The position numbers and the translations under genes were made by a program. Under the pieces are notes generated by a model. The model was not told where the DNA came from and did not search any database. It saw nothing but the letters and a program-made list of their open reading frames with translations. From Fibrobacteria bacterium (lineage in GTDB: Bacteria > Fibrobacterota > Fibrobacteria > UBA11236), in assembly GCA_041746255.1 (NCBI GenBank), contig JBGTHM010000105.1, forward strand, positions 1 to 34,331: DNA of 34,331 bases. The letters are read 5' to 3'. Each line of letters opens with the position of its first letter. Positions within the stretch are counted from its first letter, which is position 1. Positions 9,814 to 19,453 of this stretch are shown in pieces.

Positions 9814-10198
9814 ATGGCCTTTAACATTCTGGTTGTGGACGATTCGGAAACCGTGCGCGCGGTGGTGAAGAAAACCCTGGACATTGCCGGTGTTCCGGTT
9901 AAAACCCTGTTCCAAGCCGAAAATGGCTTGAAGGGATTGGAAATACTACGAACCGAATGGGTGGATTTGGTTTTGGCCGATATCAATATGCCGGTGATGG
10001 GCGGAGTGGCCATGGTCGAAGAAATCAAGTCCGATACCGATTTGGCGGGAATTCCCGTGGTGATTATTTCTACGGAAGGCAGCGCCACGCGCATTCAACA
10101 ATTACGGGATAAAGGCATCAGCGGATTTTTACGTAAACCCTTCACTCCTGAGGATTTGAAAAAATTGGTGGAAGAGCTTTTGGGAAAGGCGGATACGC

Positions 10199-10206
<8 letters not shown>
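9814..10206 (+). CDS. cheY: CheY-like response regulator
   Basis: ILVVDDS, LADINMPVMGG, ISTEG, LRKPFT; position inside the che cluster. Confidence 0.85.
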
Positions 10207-11727
<1,521 letters not shown>

Positions 11728-11797
11728 TTTGTCCACCCAAAGTTGGTGCGGGCGAAAAATCCGGATCATCTAGGTACTAAAGGTTTAACCTTCCTAT

Positions 11798-12310
11798 TCA
11801 CTTCTCTTCCGCAGCTTTTCTCCCCCGGCTGACGCCTTTTTCCAAAGCGGATTTTCGGGCTCTGCGAGCCGCAGCCGGAGGCATGGGCAGCATTTCCGTT
11901 GTTCCTTCGCGAATTTGCGCCAAGGTAGTTTTCTCGGCCCATTCCTGGAATTCCTGATTGATGGCGCTCCAACTGTCGTGCATGGGACAGGGATTGGCCG
12001 AATTGCACTTACCCCACCCGAATACGCATTGATTCGGATGGGCGTCATAACCCACCACCGCCAGGATATTCATATAACTGATACGTTTGGCAGGCTTAGC
12101 CAATGCGAATCCACCACCATGTCCCTTGGCGGAGGTAACCAGACCAGCTGAAACCATTTGCCGCATGATTTTCAGCAGGTAATGTACAGGAACGAAGGTT
12201 GCGTCCGAGAGTTCATGTGCGGTAACCGCCTTGCCGGCAGGGAGCAATGCAAGCCAACTCATGGCTCGCAGGGCATATTCGGCGGTATGAGACAAATTGA
12301 TGGAAATCAT
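11798..12310 (-). CDS. Rrf2-family transcriptional regulator with putative Fe-S ligands
   Basis: AEYALRA, winged-helix SAKGHGGGFAL, C-x6-C-x5-C-x2-H (CVFGWGKCNSANPCPMH); divergent from the heme-copper operon. Confidence 0.9.
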   Translation of the reverse strand: MISINLSHTAEYALRAMSWLALLPAGKAVTAHELSDATFVPVHYLLKIMRQMVSAGLVTSAKGHGGGFALAKPAKRISYMNILAVVGYDAHPNQCVFGWGKCNSANPCPMHDSWSAINQEFQEWAEKTTLAQIREGTTEMLPMPPAAARRARKSALEKGVSRGRKAAEEK

Positions 12311-12402
12311 GGTTCCTCCCCTGAGTTGAATAATAGACGCAAATGGACGCTACCGGAAGACGATTTTCGCCCGAAAATTGTCAATTTGGCCGAAGGTAGC
12401 AT

Positions 12403-12431
12403 TTGAATTAATTCGTATGAGCAGTTAAAAT
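12403..12431 (+). promoter_or_regulatory. Putative sigma70 promoter of the eNOR operon
   Basis: TTGAAT (12403-12408), 17-nt spacer, TAAAAT (12426-12431). Confidence 0.65.
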
Positions 12432-12462
12432 AGATATTATTATCTATGGATATTTTTATCTA
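12431..12462. promoter_or_regulatory. Two abutting 16-bp palindromic operator boxes (putative Rrf2 sites)
   Basis: TAGATA-ttat-TATCTA (12431-12446) and TGGATA-tttt-TATCTA (12447-12462), directly following the -10 element. Confidence 0.7.
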
Positions 12463-12522
12463 CTGTATCCCATCTCGGATGGCGTCGGTGGAAAGAAGAA
12501 ACGATATGGCCAGGATAGCAAT

Positions 12523-14025
12523 ATGAAAACCGCAGGCACCGCCCTAGGGCCCATAATCGTTCCCGGACCAACCCGCTCGGAAACGCCTTATCGGCATTCC
12601 CGAACCCAGGTTCAACCGCTGGATAAAAGTTGGATTCAAGGGGTGGCATTGTCCAAAAATTGGTGGGCGCTCTCGATTCTTTCCATGGCTATCGCGGGTT
12701 TTTATGCCCTGGCCCTGGTGCTGGCCCGCATGCCGGGATTGAGTACCCTTATTACCGACCCCCTCTTCTTTAAGCGCTGCCTAGTCGTGCATGTTAACCT
12801 GGCGCTGGGACTTTGGCTGCTCGCATTCCTGGCCGGAATGTCGGAATGGACACATAGGGGAAGCAAAGGCCAATCCAGCAGACGGCTGGGACTGTTTTCC
12901 GCCTCGCTGGGATTAGCCTGCATCATGGCGGCGGCTTTCATTCCGGGAGTCAATCCCGTCCTTTCCAATTATATCCCGGTATTGGATCACCCCCTGTTTT
13001 TCGGCGGATTGTTCCTGGTGGCTGTAGGTCTATTCGGCGCACTTTCCAGAAAATCCTGGAGTCGGGAAACCTGGAAAGCCAATCCCCTCTCCCCGTTCGC
13101 GCCCCTTGCCGCTGCGCGCCCGCTATTGGCAGTGGCCGGAATCGCCTTTGGTTTCTCCCTAATTACTTTGGCCATCGCCTTCTTGGTTGTGAACCGTTCG
13201 CTGGCATCCCAGCCTTATTATGAATTTCTTTTCTGGGGTCCCGGACATTTGCTGCAAGTCACCCACTCGGCTGGAATGATCGCAGCCTGGATTCTGATTA
13301 CGGGCGAGCTGCTGAAAAAATCACCCGTCTCCTTCAAGGTATCCCGAGCCCTGGCGATAATTCTAATCGCTCCCTGGTTGATATCCCCATTTTTCTCCTG
13401 GCAAGGCCCCGCTTCGATTTGGTTTTTATCGGGGTTTACTCAATTGATGCGGTATGCCATTTTCCCCGTTACTCTCGTTTTCATGGTCATGTGTTTGCGC
13501 AGTCTGCTCGTCTTGCGAAGTGACTCGCAGCCGCCGATGACATTCGCTCGCAAGGCGTTATTGAGCGGTTTGCTCTCCAGCTTCGCCCTTACCGCCACCG
13601 GATTCATACTGGGCGCCATGATACGCGGATCCAACACCATGGTTCCCGCACACTACCATGCCGCAGTAGGAGGGGTTACCGTCGCCTATATGACGGCCGC
13701 CTTTTTACTCGCGCAAAAATTCGATTTCCGCAAAGTATCGAGACGCGCGGGAAAATTGTTATCCCGGCAACCTCTCATCTATGGCGTGGGCCAATTGGCG
13801 TTCGCCTTGGGATTCGCCTTCGCCGGTTACCATGGCGCCGCCCGGAAAAGTTACGGACAGGAACAACAAATCAATTCCTTCTCGGAATCCTTCGGATTGG
13901 CCGTCATGGGAGGCGGGGGCCTGCTGGCCATTGTAGGAGGACTCGCCTTCATGGTGCTTTGTTACCGCCTTTATAAAAACCGTACCGACGCGAACCCGAA
14001 CCTGGAGGATATATGGAAAGTGTGA
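12523..14025 (+). CDS. Degenerate heme-copper oxidase subunit I-like membrane protein (function unknown)
   Basis: About 12 hydrophobic helices; VVHVNL (helix II His), LFWGPGHLLQ (helix VI), VPAHYH (helix X HxH), GAARK (cf. GMPRR); no helix-VII HH pair found. Confidence 0.75.
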   Translation: MKTAGTALGPIIVPGPTRSETPYRHSRTQVQPLDKSWIQGVALSKNWWALSILSMAIAGFYALALVLARMPGLSTLITDPLFFKRCLVVHVNLALGLWLLAFLAGMSEWTHRGSKGQSSRRLGLFSASLGLACIMAAAFIPGVNPVLSNYIPVLDHPLFFGGLFLVAVGLFGALSRKSWSRETWKANPLSPFAPLAAARPLLAVAGIAFGFSLITLAIAFLVVNRSLASQPYYEFLFWGPGHLLQVTHSAGMIAAWILITGELLKKSPVSFKVSRALAIILIAPWLISPFFSWQGPASIWFLSGFTQLMRYAIFPVTLVFMVMCLRSLLVLRSDSQPPMTFARKALLSGLLSSFALTATGFILGAMIRGSNTMVPAHYHAAVGGVTVAYMTAAFLLAQKFDFRKVSRRAGKLLSRQPLIYGVGQLAFALGFAFAGYHGAARKSYGQEQQINSFSESFGLAVMGGGGLLAIVGGLAFMVLCYRLYKNRTDANPNLEDIWKV

Positions 14026-14183
14026 AGGAGCCTACGTTGGAGACAACGGATAAACGCATGTTGCAAAGGTTGATGGACAACCCTTGGATCCTGTTGATTC
14101 TAGGATTTCTTATCCCTACCATTTCTTACACCATTTGGGGCTGGGTCGAGTTGTTGCGGGTTCCCGTAGCACCGCTTCCCTAG
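14013..14183 (+). CDS. Small single-TM protein, probable accessory subunit of the heme-copper enzyme
   Basis: Below the ORF-track cutoff. GGAGG RBS (14004-14008), ATG 14013, MESVKEPTLETTDKRMLQRLMDNPWILLILGFLIPTISYTIWGWVELLRVPVAPLP*; the stop overlaps the RBS of subunit II. Confidence 0.8.
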   Translation: MESVKEPTLETTDKRMLQRLMDNPWILLILGFLIPTISYTIWGWVELLRVPVAPLP

Positions 14184-14195
14184 GAGGAAAAAATC

Positions 14196-14720
14196 ATGAG
14201 CATTCAAAGTCCCGCCGCAGGCTGGTTCAAAGCGCCGACAGGTTCGGAAAGGTTATGGATAGGCATCGCCCTGGCCTGGTGCCTGGTCATGTTTTTCATG
14301 ATGCCGTTCTGGCATTTCAAGGGAAAGCAGAACAGCACGGGCGAAGCCTATAAGGTGGCGCCGGCGAAATTCGCGGAGCGGACCTTCGCCTTCGCGGAAT
14401 CCAACAAAGTAGGCGAAGAAAACGGCATACCCATCGTCGAGCCCTTTCCCGGCGGCGACGCCTATTTGCTGGGAAGGATGTGGAGCTGGTATCCCATTCT
14501 CAAGCTGAAAAAGGATCAAACCTATCGAGTGCATATCTCCTCGACGGATTTGCAGCACGGTTTCTCCTTATTGCCCATGAACATGAATTTTCAAATCCTG
14601 CCGGGATACGATCACGTTCTCACCTTGACACCCACCCAAACCGGAACCTTTTCCATCGTCTGCAATGAGTTTTGCGGCATCGGACATCATTTGATGACCG
14701 GTAAAATCATTGTTGAATAG
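14196..14720 (+). CDS. Heme-copper oxidoreductase subunit II (CuA), B-family/eNOR type
   Basis: Single TM; CuA ligands DLQHGF...CNEFCGIGHHLM. Confidence 0.93.
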   Translation: MSIQSPAAGWFKAPTGSERLWIGIALAWCLVMFFMMPFWHFKGKQNSTGEAYKVAPAKFAERTFAFAESNKVGEENGIPIVEPFPGGDAYLLGRMWSWYPILKLKKDQTYRVHISSTDLQHGFSLLPMNMNFQILPGYDHVLTLTPTQTGTFSIVCNEFCGIGHHLMTGKIIVE

Positions 14721-14731
14721 GAGACATAGCC

Positions 14732-16447
14732 ATGGTAGTCCCAAGCCCCGAAAAACAAAGAATCTGCAGCACCTATTCCCTGCCCATCTGCCTCAACGCG
14801 CAATTCTTCATCAAGTTGAATGCGGTTCTGGCGGTGGTCTCCATCCTGATCGGCGCCGTAGGAGGTCTGCTCGTGGGCCTGACGCGCTGGTCGGCTGTCC
14901 ACCTGCTCGACCCGACCTGGTATTACCGCCTGCTTACCCTGCACGGCCTCAATATGCTCATCTACTGGATCATATTCATGGAGATAGCCATTCTCTATTT
15001 CGCCGGCACCACCCTGCTTAAGACTAAATTGTTCTCCACCAAACTGGCCTGGACGTCCTTCGTCCTCATGGTCGCCGGAGCGGTGCTGACCAATTACGTA
15101 ATCCTGCAAGGCAAGGCCGACGTTTTATTGACTTCCTACGTTCCGCTCAAGGCCACGCCCAACTTCTACCTGGGTATCATACTTTTCGCGGTCGGGGCGC
15201 TGGTGGGAGTCATCAATTTTTTCGGATGCGTCTACCAGGCGCGTAAGGCCAAAAGTTACGGGGAAACCATGCCCCTGGTGGCTTTCGGAGCCGTAGCCGC
15301 CGCCATCATCGCGGTGCTGGCCCTGGTACACGGCGCGGTTACCCTGGTTCCCACCTGGCTCTGGTCGCTGGGGCTCATCGACTACATCGATCCCATGTGG
15401 TATCGCGTCACCTGGTGGGCGCTCGGCCACACTTCACAACAAATCAACGTTTGCGCCATGGTTTCCGTCTGGTATCTCATGGCCACGCTCACCACGGGCG
15501 CCCGTCCGCTCAACGAAGCCGTCAGCCGCGGAGCCTTCGTTCTCTACATCCTCTTCATCAATCTCGCCTCGGCGCATCACCTGTTGGTCGATCCCGGCGT
15601 GGGCGCGGGATGGAAGATCTGGAACACCTCCTACGCCATGTATCTGGCCGTGCTGGCCTCCCTGATCCACGGGTTCACCATTCCCGCCTCGGTGGAATCC
15701 GCCATGCGGGCGCGCGGTTTAGGCAAGGGCCTCTTCAGCTGGCTCACAGCGGCCCCTTGGCGCGATCCCGGGTTTTCCGCCTTCTTCCTATCGCTGGTGA
15801 TTTTCGGATTCATAGGAGGAATCACAGGCGTTACCCTGGGAACCCAGCAAATCAATATTCTCGCCCACAACACCCTGCGCATACCTGGGCATTTCCACGC
15901 CACGGTTGCGGGAGGGACATCGCTGGCCTTCATGGGGCTTACCTATTACGTGGTACCCTTAATCTTCCAACGGGATTTCCGTTTCCGACTATTGGCGCGT
16001 ATCCAACCCTATATATTCGCCACCGGCATCGTCGTCATGTCGATGGGCATGTCTTTCGCAGGGTCATACGGCGTACCTCGCCGCCATTGGGACGCTGAAT
16101 TCACCGGCGCCGCGATCAAGGCCGGATTCGACTCCGGTGCGCATTTAATGCTCACGGTCTTGGGCCTGGGCGCGACGCTCACGTTCATCGGCGTCATCAC
16201 CTATGTGTTCTTGACGGTGACTGCGGTATTTTTCGGCCCTTCCAATAAGGGACGTCCCATGCTGAGCTGGCAAGGGAAAACCGAAGATGCGGAATTGAAG
16301 TCCATACTGTCCGGCACATTCGATTCCAAGCGTTTCAAACACCGGGTACCCGGCACCGTCACCTTGGTAGTGGTGCTGCTGATATCCTTCATCGTCTATT
16401 ACTTCGCGAATTGGCTGGCGCTTACCGACGTCTGGCCCGTCCGCTAA
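14732..16447 (+). CDS. Heme-copper superfamily subunit I, eNOR-type nitric oxide reductase
   Basis: All six His ligands present (LTLHG; WALGH; SAHH; GHFH), but helix VI reads GHTSQQIN rather than GHPxVY, i.e. Gln at the cross-linked Tyr position, the eNOR signature. Confidence 0.85.
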   Translation: MVVPSPEKQRICSTYSLPICLNAQFFIKLNAVLAVVSILIGAVGGLLVGLTRWSAVHLLDPTWYYRLLTLHGLNMLIYWIIFMEIAILYFAGTTLLKTKLFSTKLAWTSFVLMVAGAVLTNYVILQGKADVLLTSYVPLKATPNFYLGIILFAVGALVGVINFFGCVYQARKAKSYGETMPLVAFGAVAAAIIAVLALVHGAVTLVPTWLWSLGLIDYIDPMWYRVTWWALGHTSQQINVCAMVSVWYLMATLTTGARPLNEAVSRGAFVLYILFINLASAHHLLVDPGVGAGWKIWNTSYAMYLAVLASLIHGFTIPASVESAMRARGLGKGLFSWLTAAPWRDPGFSAFFLSLVIFGFIGGITGVTLGTQQINILAHNTLRIPGHFHATVAGGTSLAFMGLTYYVVPLIFQRDFRFRLLARIQPYIFATGIVVMSMGMSFAGSYGVPRRHWDAEFTGAAIKAGFDSGAHLMLTVLGLGATLTFIGVITYVFLTVTAVFFGPSNKGRPMLSWQGKTEDAELKSILSGTFDSKRFKHRVPGTVTLVVVLLISFIVYYFANWLALTDVWPVR

Positions 16448-16457
16448 GGAGGTTGTC

Positions 16458-17435
16458 GTGAAAATCGTTTATCCAAAGCCTATTCCGCTCCGCATACCCG
16501 TTGGGTTTCAGTCCCACATGGCGGCGTTTATCTTGAGTCTGCTGGTGGTATTCGATGGCTTCCTCGTGCTGACAATGGTAATGGAGCCGGCGGAACCCGC
16601 TTTGTCGGGGTTCCTCCGCGACTTCCGCGTCTGGTGCCTGAGAGCCGACCCGGCAACGGGACGGTTCGACTGGTTCTATCCGGCCATCATCCTGGGAGAA
16701 TCGCTGCTATTAGGCGGTATTATCCTGGCTATCTGGGGTAACAGCCTGAAGTTCAGCTTCGGCGGAAGAATGCGTTCCTTACTACCCCATGTGGTACTAT
16801 CCTTCATGGTGGTTTCGGGAAGCGCTTACGCTTCGCTTTTCGTCTTCGCTGAAGACATGCAAACGGGCTCTTTGGATTTCCCAGCCCAGGAACTCCGCAC
16901 TTCGATTCCGGCGCCGGAATTTTCCTTGATAGACCAGAACGGCGAAGCGGTTACGGATAAGGATCTAGCCGGAGGCGTAACCGTACTGACCTCCTTCTAT
17001 GCCCATTGCGTACATACCTGCCCCCTCATCTTCACGCAAATACGCAAAGTAATGGATAAGCTGGATCCCGCCTCAACCGACAAACTTCGCATCGTGGCGG
17101 TGAGCATGGATCCGGTCCGGGATACCCCTGAGATATTACGAATGGCCGCCGATTTGCATAAAATGGACGCGCCGTTGTATCGACTCGCCACCGGAGATCC
17201 CGAAGCCGTGGAAATTTTGCTCGACCGCATGGGCATTCAACGGGAAAGAAATTTGGAAACCGACGATATCGCGCATAACAATCTCTTTCTGCTGGTGGAT
17301 GGAAACGGGCGCATCGCCTACCGTTTTTCTCTGGGAGAATTGCAAGAAGACTGGATGGTAAGCGGGTTGCAAACCCTCCTGAAGGAACTGCCCCAGGGCG
17401 ATCGGCGCGCGGAGGTGGTGGTTGCAGTGCCATGA
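16458..17435 (+). CDS. Sco/SenC-family copper chaperone with N-terminal multi-TM extension
   Basis: APEFSLIDQNG, FYAHCVHTCP (CxxxC), SMDPVRDT, IAHNN. Confidence 0.88.
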   Translation: MKIVYPKPIPLRIPVGFQSHMAAFILSLLVVFDGFLVLTMVMEPAEPALSGFLRDFRVWCLRADPATGRFDWFYPAIILGESLLLGGIILAIWGNSLKFSFGGRMRSLLPHVVLSFMVVSGSAYASLFVFAEDMQTGSLDFPAQELRTSIPAPEFSLIDQNGEAVTDKDLAGGVTVLTSFYAHCVHTCPLIFTQIRKVMDKLDPASTDKLRIVAVSMDPVRDTPEILRMAADLHKMDAPLYRLATGDPEAVEILLDRMGIQRERNLETDDIAHNNLFLLVDGNGRIAYRFSLGELQEDWMVSGLQTLLKELPQGDRRAEVVVAVP

Positions 17436-19453
17436 ACCGCTCGACTCCGCATGCCCTCTACCTCCGGCTTAGTGGGATCGCCGATAAACGGCTGGGAGTC
17501 CAAAACAATTTCTTATCCCAAACCGGCGCATTAGCCAATTTTTTCTTTCTCATCGCTCTGGTAACCGGAATCCTCCTGCTGTTCTGGTATCGCCCCAGCC
17601 TGCACGCCGCCCATGCTTCCATGCTGGCTATGGAAGCCAATCGGTATCTTGCCGGATTCCTGCGTACGCTCCATCGCTACAGTTCGGACGCATGCATGCT
17701 TTTCGTTATGCTACACGCGCTGGAAGCTTTGATAGCCGGACATTTCGACAAGCCCCGCTGGTTGGCATGGGGAACCGGATTCCTGCTCACCATCGCCCTC
17801 TGGTTCGAAGGTTGGCTCGGCTATTGGCTGGTATGGGACGAACCGGCGCGCCTGGTCGCCGTGGTGTCGGCCCAAGTGTTGGACTATCTCCCCATTTTCG
17901 CCGATCCCATCTCCCGCGCCTTTCTGGTACCCGACACCCTTAATTCGTTGTTTTTTTTCGTGGTGTTCTTCATACACATGCTTATTCCGCTGGCCTTCGC
18001 CATCGGCCTATGGTTACATATCTCCAAATTCAACCGCGCGGCTTTTCTTCCCGGAAAATCGCTCTCGCTGGCCTCGCTGGCGGCAGTGTCGGCGCTGTCC
18101 TTGATATTACCCGCAAGGGCCGGAGCGGCTGCGGATTTACTGAACATGGCGCCGGTTCTCTCCTTGGATTTGTTTTACCTGCTGCCGTTACGGTTTTCCC
18201 AAATCATGAATCCGTGGGTCTGGGCGGTTTTTGCGACTGTCCTTATCCTGCTCATGGCTTTACCGTTCATGCGACGTCAAGCCGGCAAACGTCCACACGT
18301 GACCCCCGAGCGTTGCAACTCCTGCACCCAATGTTATGAAGACTGTCCGTATAACGCCATCACCATGACCACGGACGAGCAGGGCCGGGTCAAGGCCCTC
18401 ATCAGCGAGCCCGACTGCGTGAGTTGCGGGGCGTGCGTGGGATCGTGCAATTCCAAGGCCATTGATTTTCCGGGTTACTCGGCTGACCTGGCCCAAAAGC
18501 GCATCCGGGAATGGTATGCCGCAAGTTCTCCGGCGTTACCTTTGGCTTTCCTATGCGACAAAGCTTTCGCAGGCAACCTGGAGGTGGACGCCGCGACGGG
18601 AATTTCGCCGCAACTGCGCGGTTATAAGGTGGTAACCATGCCTTGCACGAGTTGGCTCAATCCCCTCATGTTGGAATTCGCGGGCAAGTCGGGCGCCCCG
18701 GGAATTTTGGTGGGTGGCTGCGGTACGCTTAATGCCGGCAATAGGCTGGGAACTTTTTTAACCGGGGAAAGAATCGCCGGAAACCGTGAACCCAAACTAC
18801 GCCGGGAGAAGCTGGGGTCAGCGCCATTGCGCTATTTGCATTTTTCTCCGCTGGAAGGGCAGGATTTTATCAACCAGGCGAACCGCTTCCATTCCGATCT
18901 CGGCGCCTCACCCGTATCGGCGGTTACGCGGGAAGTGAAGTCCGGATATCGTCAATACGCAGGTACCGTTTTTACGGGGTTGCTGATATTCCTTTTTCTG
19001 TTGGCGGGGATTTATCTGGGCGAGAGCCGGGAATTCATGGCAGGGGATCCGCAAGCAACGGAGTTGGTCATCTCCCTGAAACACGGGGGCCTCTTCGTCG
19101 ATTCCAAGGTAACGCCCGAGGAAAAATCCCAACAGGAGGAGCTCTTGCCGCATATGCGCGGCGCGGCCTCCGGTGGCAAGCGGGAGCGCATGCCAGTGCG
19201 CATGCAAGTGTTGGTGGATGGAGAAACGAAGCTGGAGAAATCTTACCGCGCAGGCGGATTGTTCCGGGATGGCGAGAGCGTGGCCATGGAAAGGCTGGCT
19301 TTGTTGCCTGGAAAATATCGGGTGGAAGTGCGCATCGCGGATGGAACCAATGCGAATACCTGGCGATTCACCCAAGACCGTACGGTCGAATTCACAGGTG
19401 GCCGTCGCAAGGTGGTGTTTTTCGAGAGCGAGGGAGGTTTCCGATGGTATTGA
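17432..19453 (+). CDS. Fusion of cytochrome b (b6-like), 2x[4Fe-4S] ferredoxin, MvhD/FlpD-like domain and C-terminal TM plus soluble domain
   Basis: Four heme-b His (RTLHRY, MLHAL, FIHML, WLHIS), GWLGYWLVWD; CNSCTQCYEDCP and CVSCGACVGSC; LAFLC, MPCTSW, LVGGC. Confidence 0.8.
   Translation: MNRSTPHALYLRLSGIADKRLGVQNNFLSQTGALANFFFLIALVTGILLLFWYRPSLHAAHASMLAMEANRYLAGFLRTLHRYSSDACMLFVMLHALEALIAGHFDKPRWLAWGTGFLLTIALWFEGWLGYWLVWDEPARLVAVVSAQVLDYLPIFADPISRAFLVPDTLNSLFFFVVFFIHMLIPLAFAIGLWLHISKFNRAAFLPGKSLSLASLAAVSALSLILPARAGAAADLLNMAPVLSLDLFYLLPLRFSQIMNPWVWAVFATVLILLMALPFMRRQAGKRPHVTPERCNSCTQCYEDCPYNAITMTTDEQGRVKALISEPDCVSCGACVGSCNSKAIDFPGYSADLAQKRIREWYAASSPALPLAFLCDKAFAGNLEVDAATGISPQLRGYKVVTMPCTSWLNPLMLEFAGKSGAPGILVGGCGTLNAGNRLGTFLTGERIAGNREPKLRREKLGSAPLRYLHFSPLEGQDFINQANRFHSDLGASPVSAVTREVKSGYRQYAGTVFTGLLIFLFLLAGIYLGESREFMAGDPQATELVISLKHGGLFVDSKVTPEEKSQQEELLPHMRGAASGGKRERMPVRMQVLVDGETKLEKSYRAGGLFRDGESVAMERLALLPGKYRVEVRIADGTNANTWRFTQDRTVEFTGGRRKVVFFESEGGFRWY

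Noticed and set aside
12311..12522. FNR/DNR box upstream of the eNOR operon
   Set aside because: No TTGAT-N4-ATCAA match found; the palindromes present have a GATA-N4-TATC core with different spacing
14084..14353. 89-aa track ORF between the subunit-I paralogue and subunit II
   Set aside because: Overlaps subunit II out of frame; the 56-aa ORF at 14013-14183 has the RBS and a TM helix
14732..16447. Annotation as aerobic cytochrome c oxidase (ba3/aa3/cbb3) or as norB
   Set aside because: Lacks the helix VI Tyr of A/B-type O2 reductases and the cNOR/qNOR VHLWVEG motif, and the partner subunit is CuA-type rather than cytochrome c
17432..19453. Hydrogenase or bc1 complex
   Set aside because: No hydrogenase large subunit, Rieske protein or cytochrome c1 gene in the window
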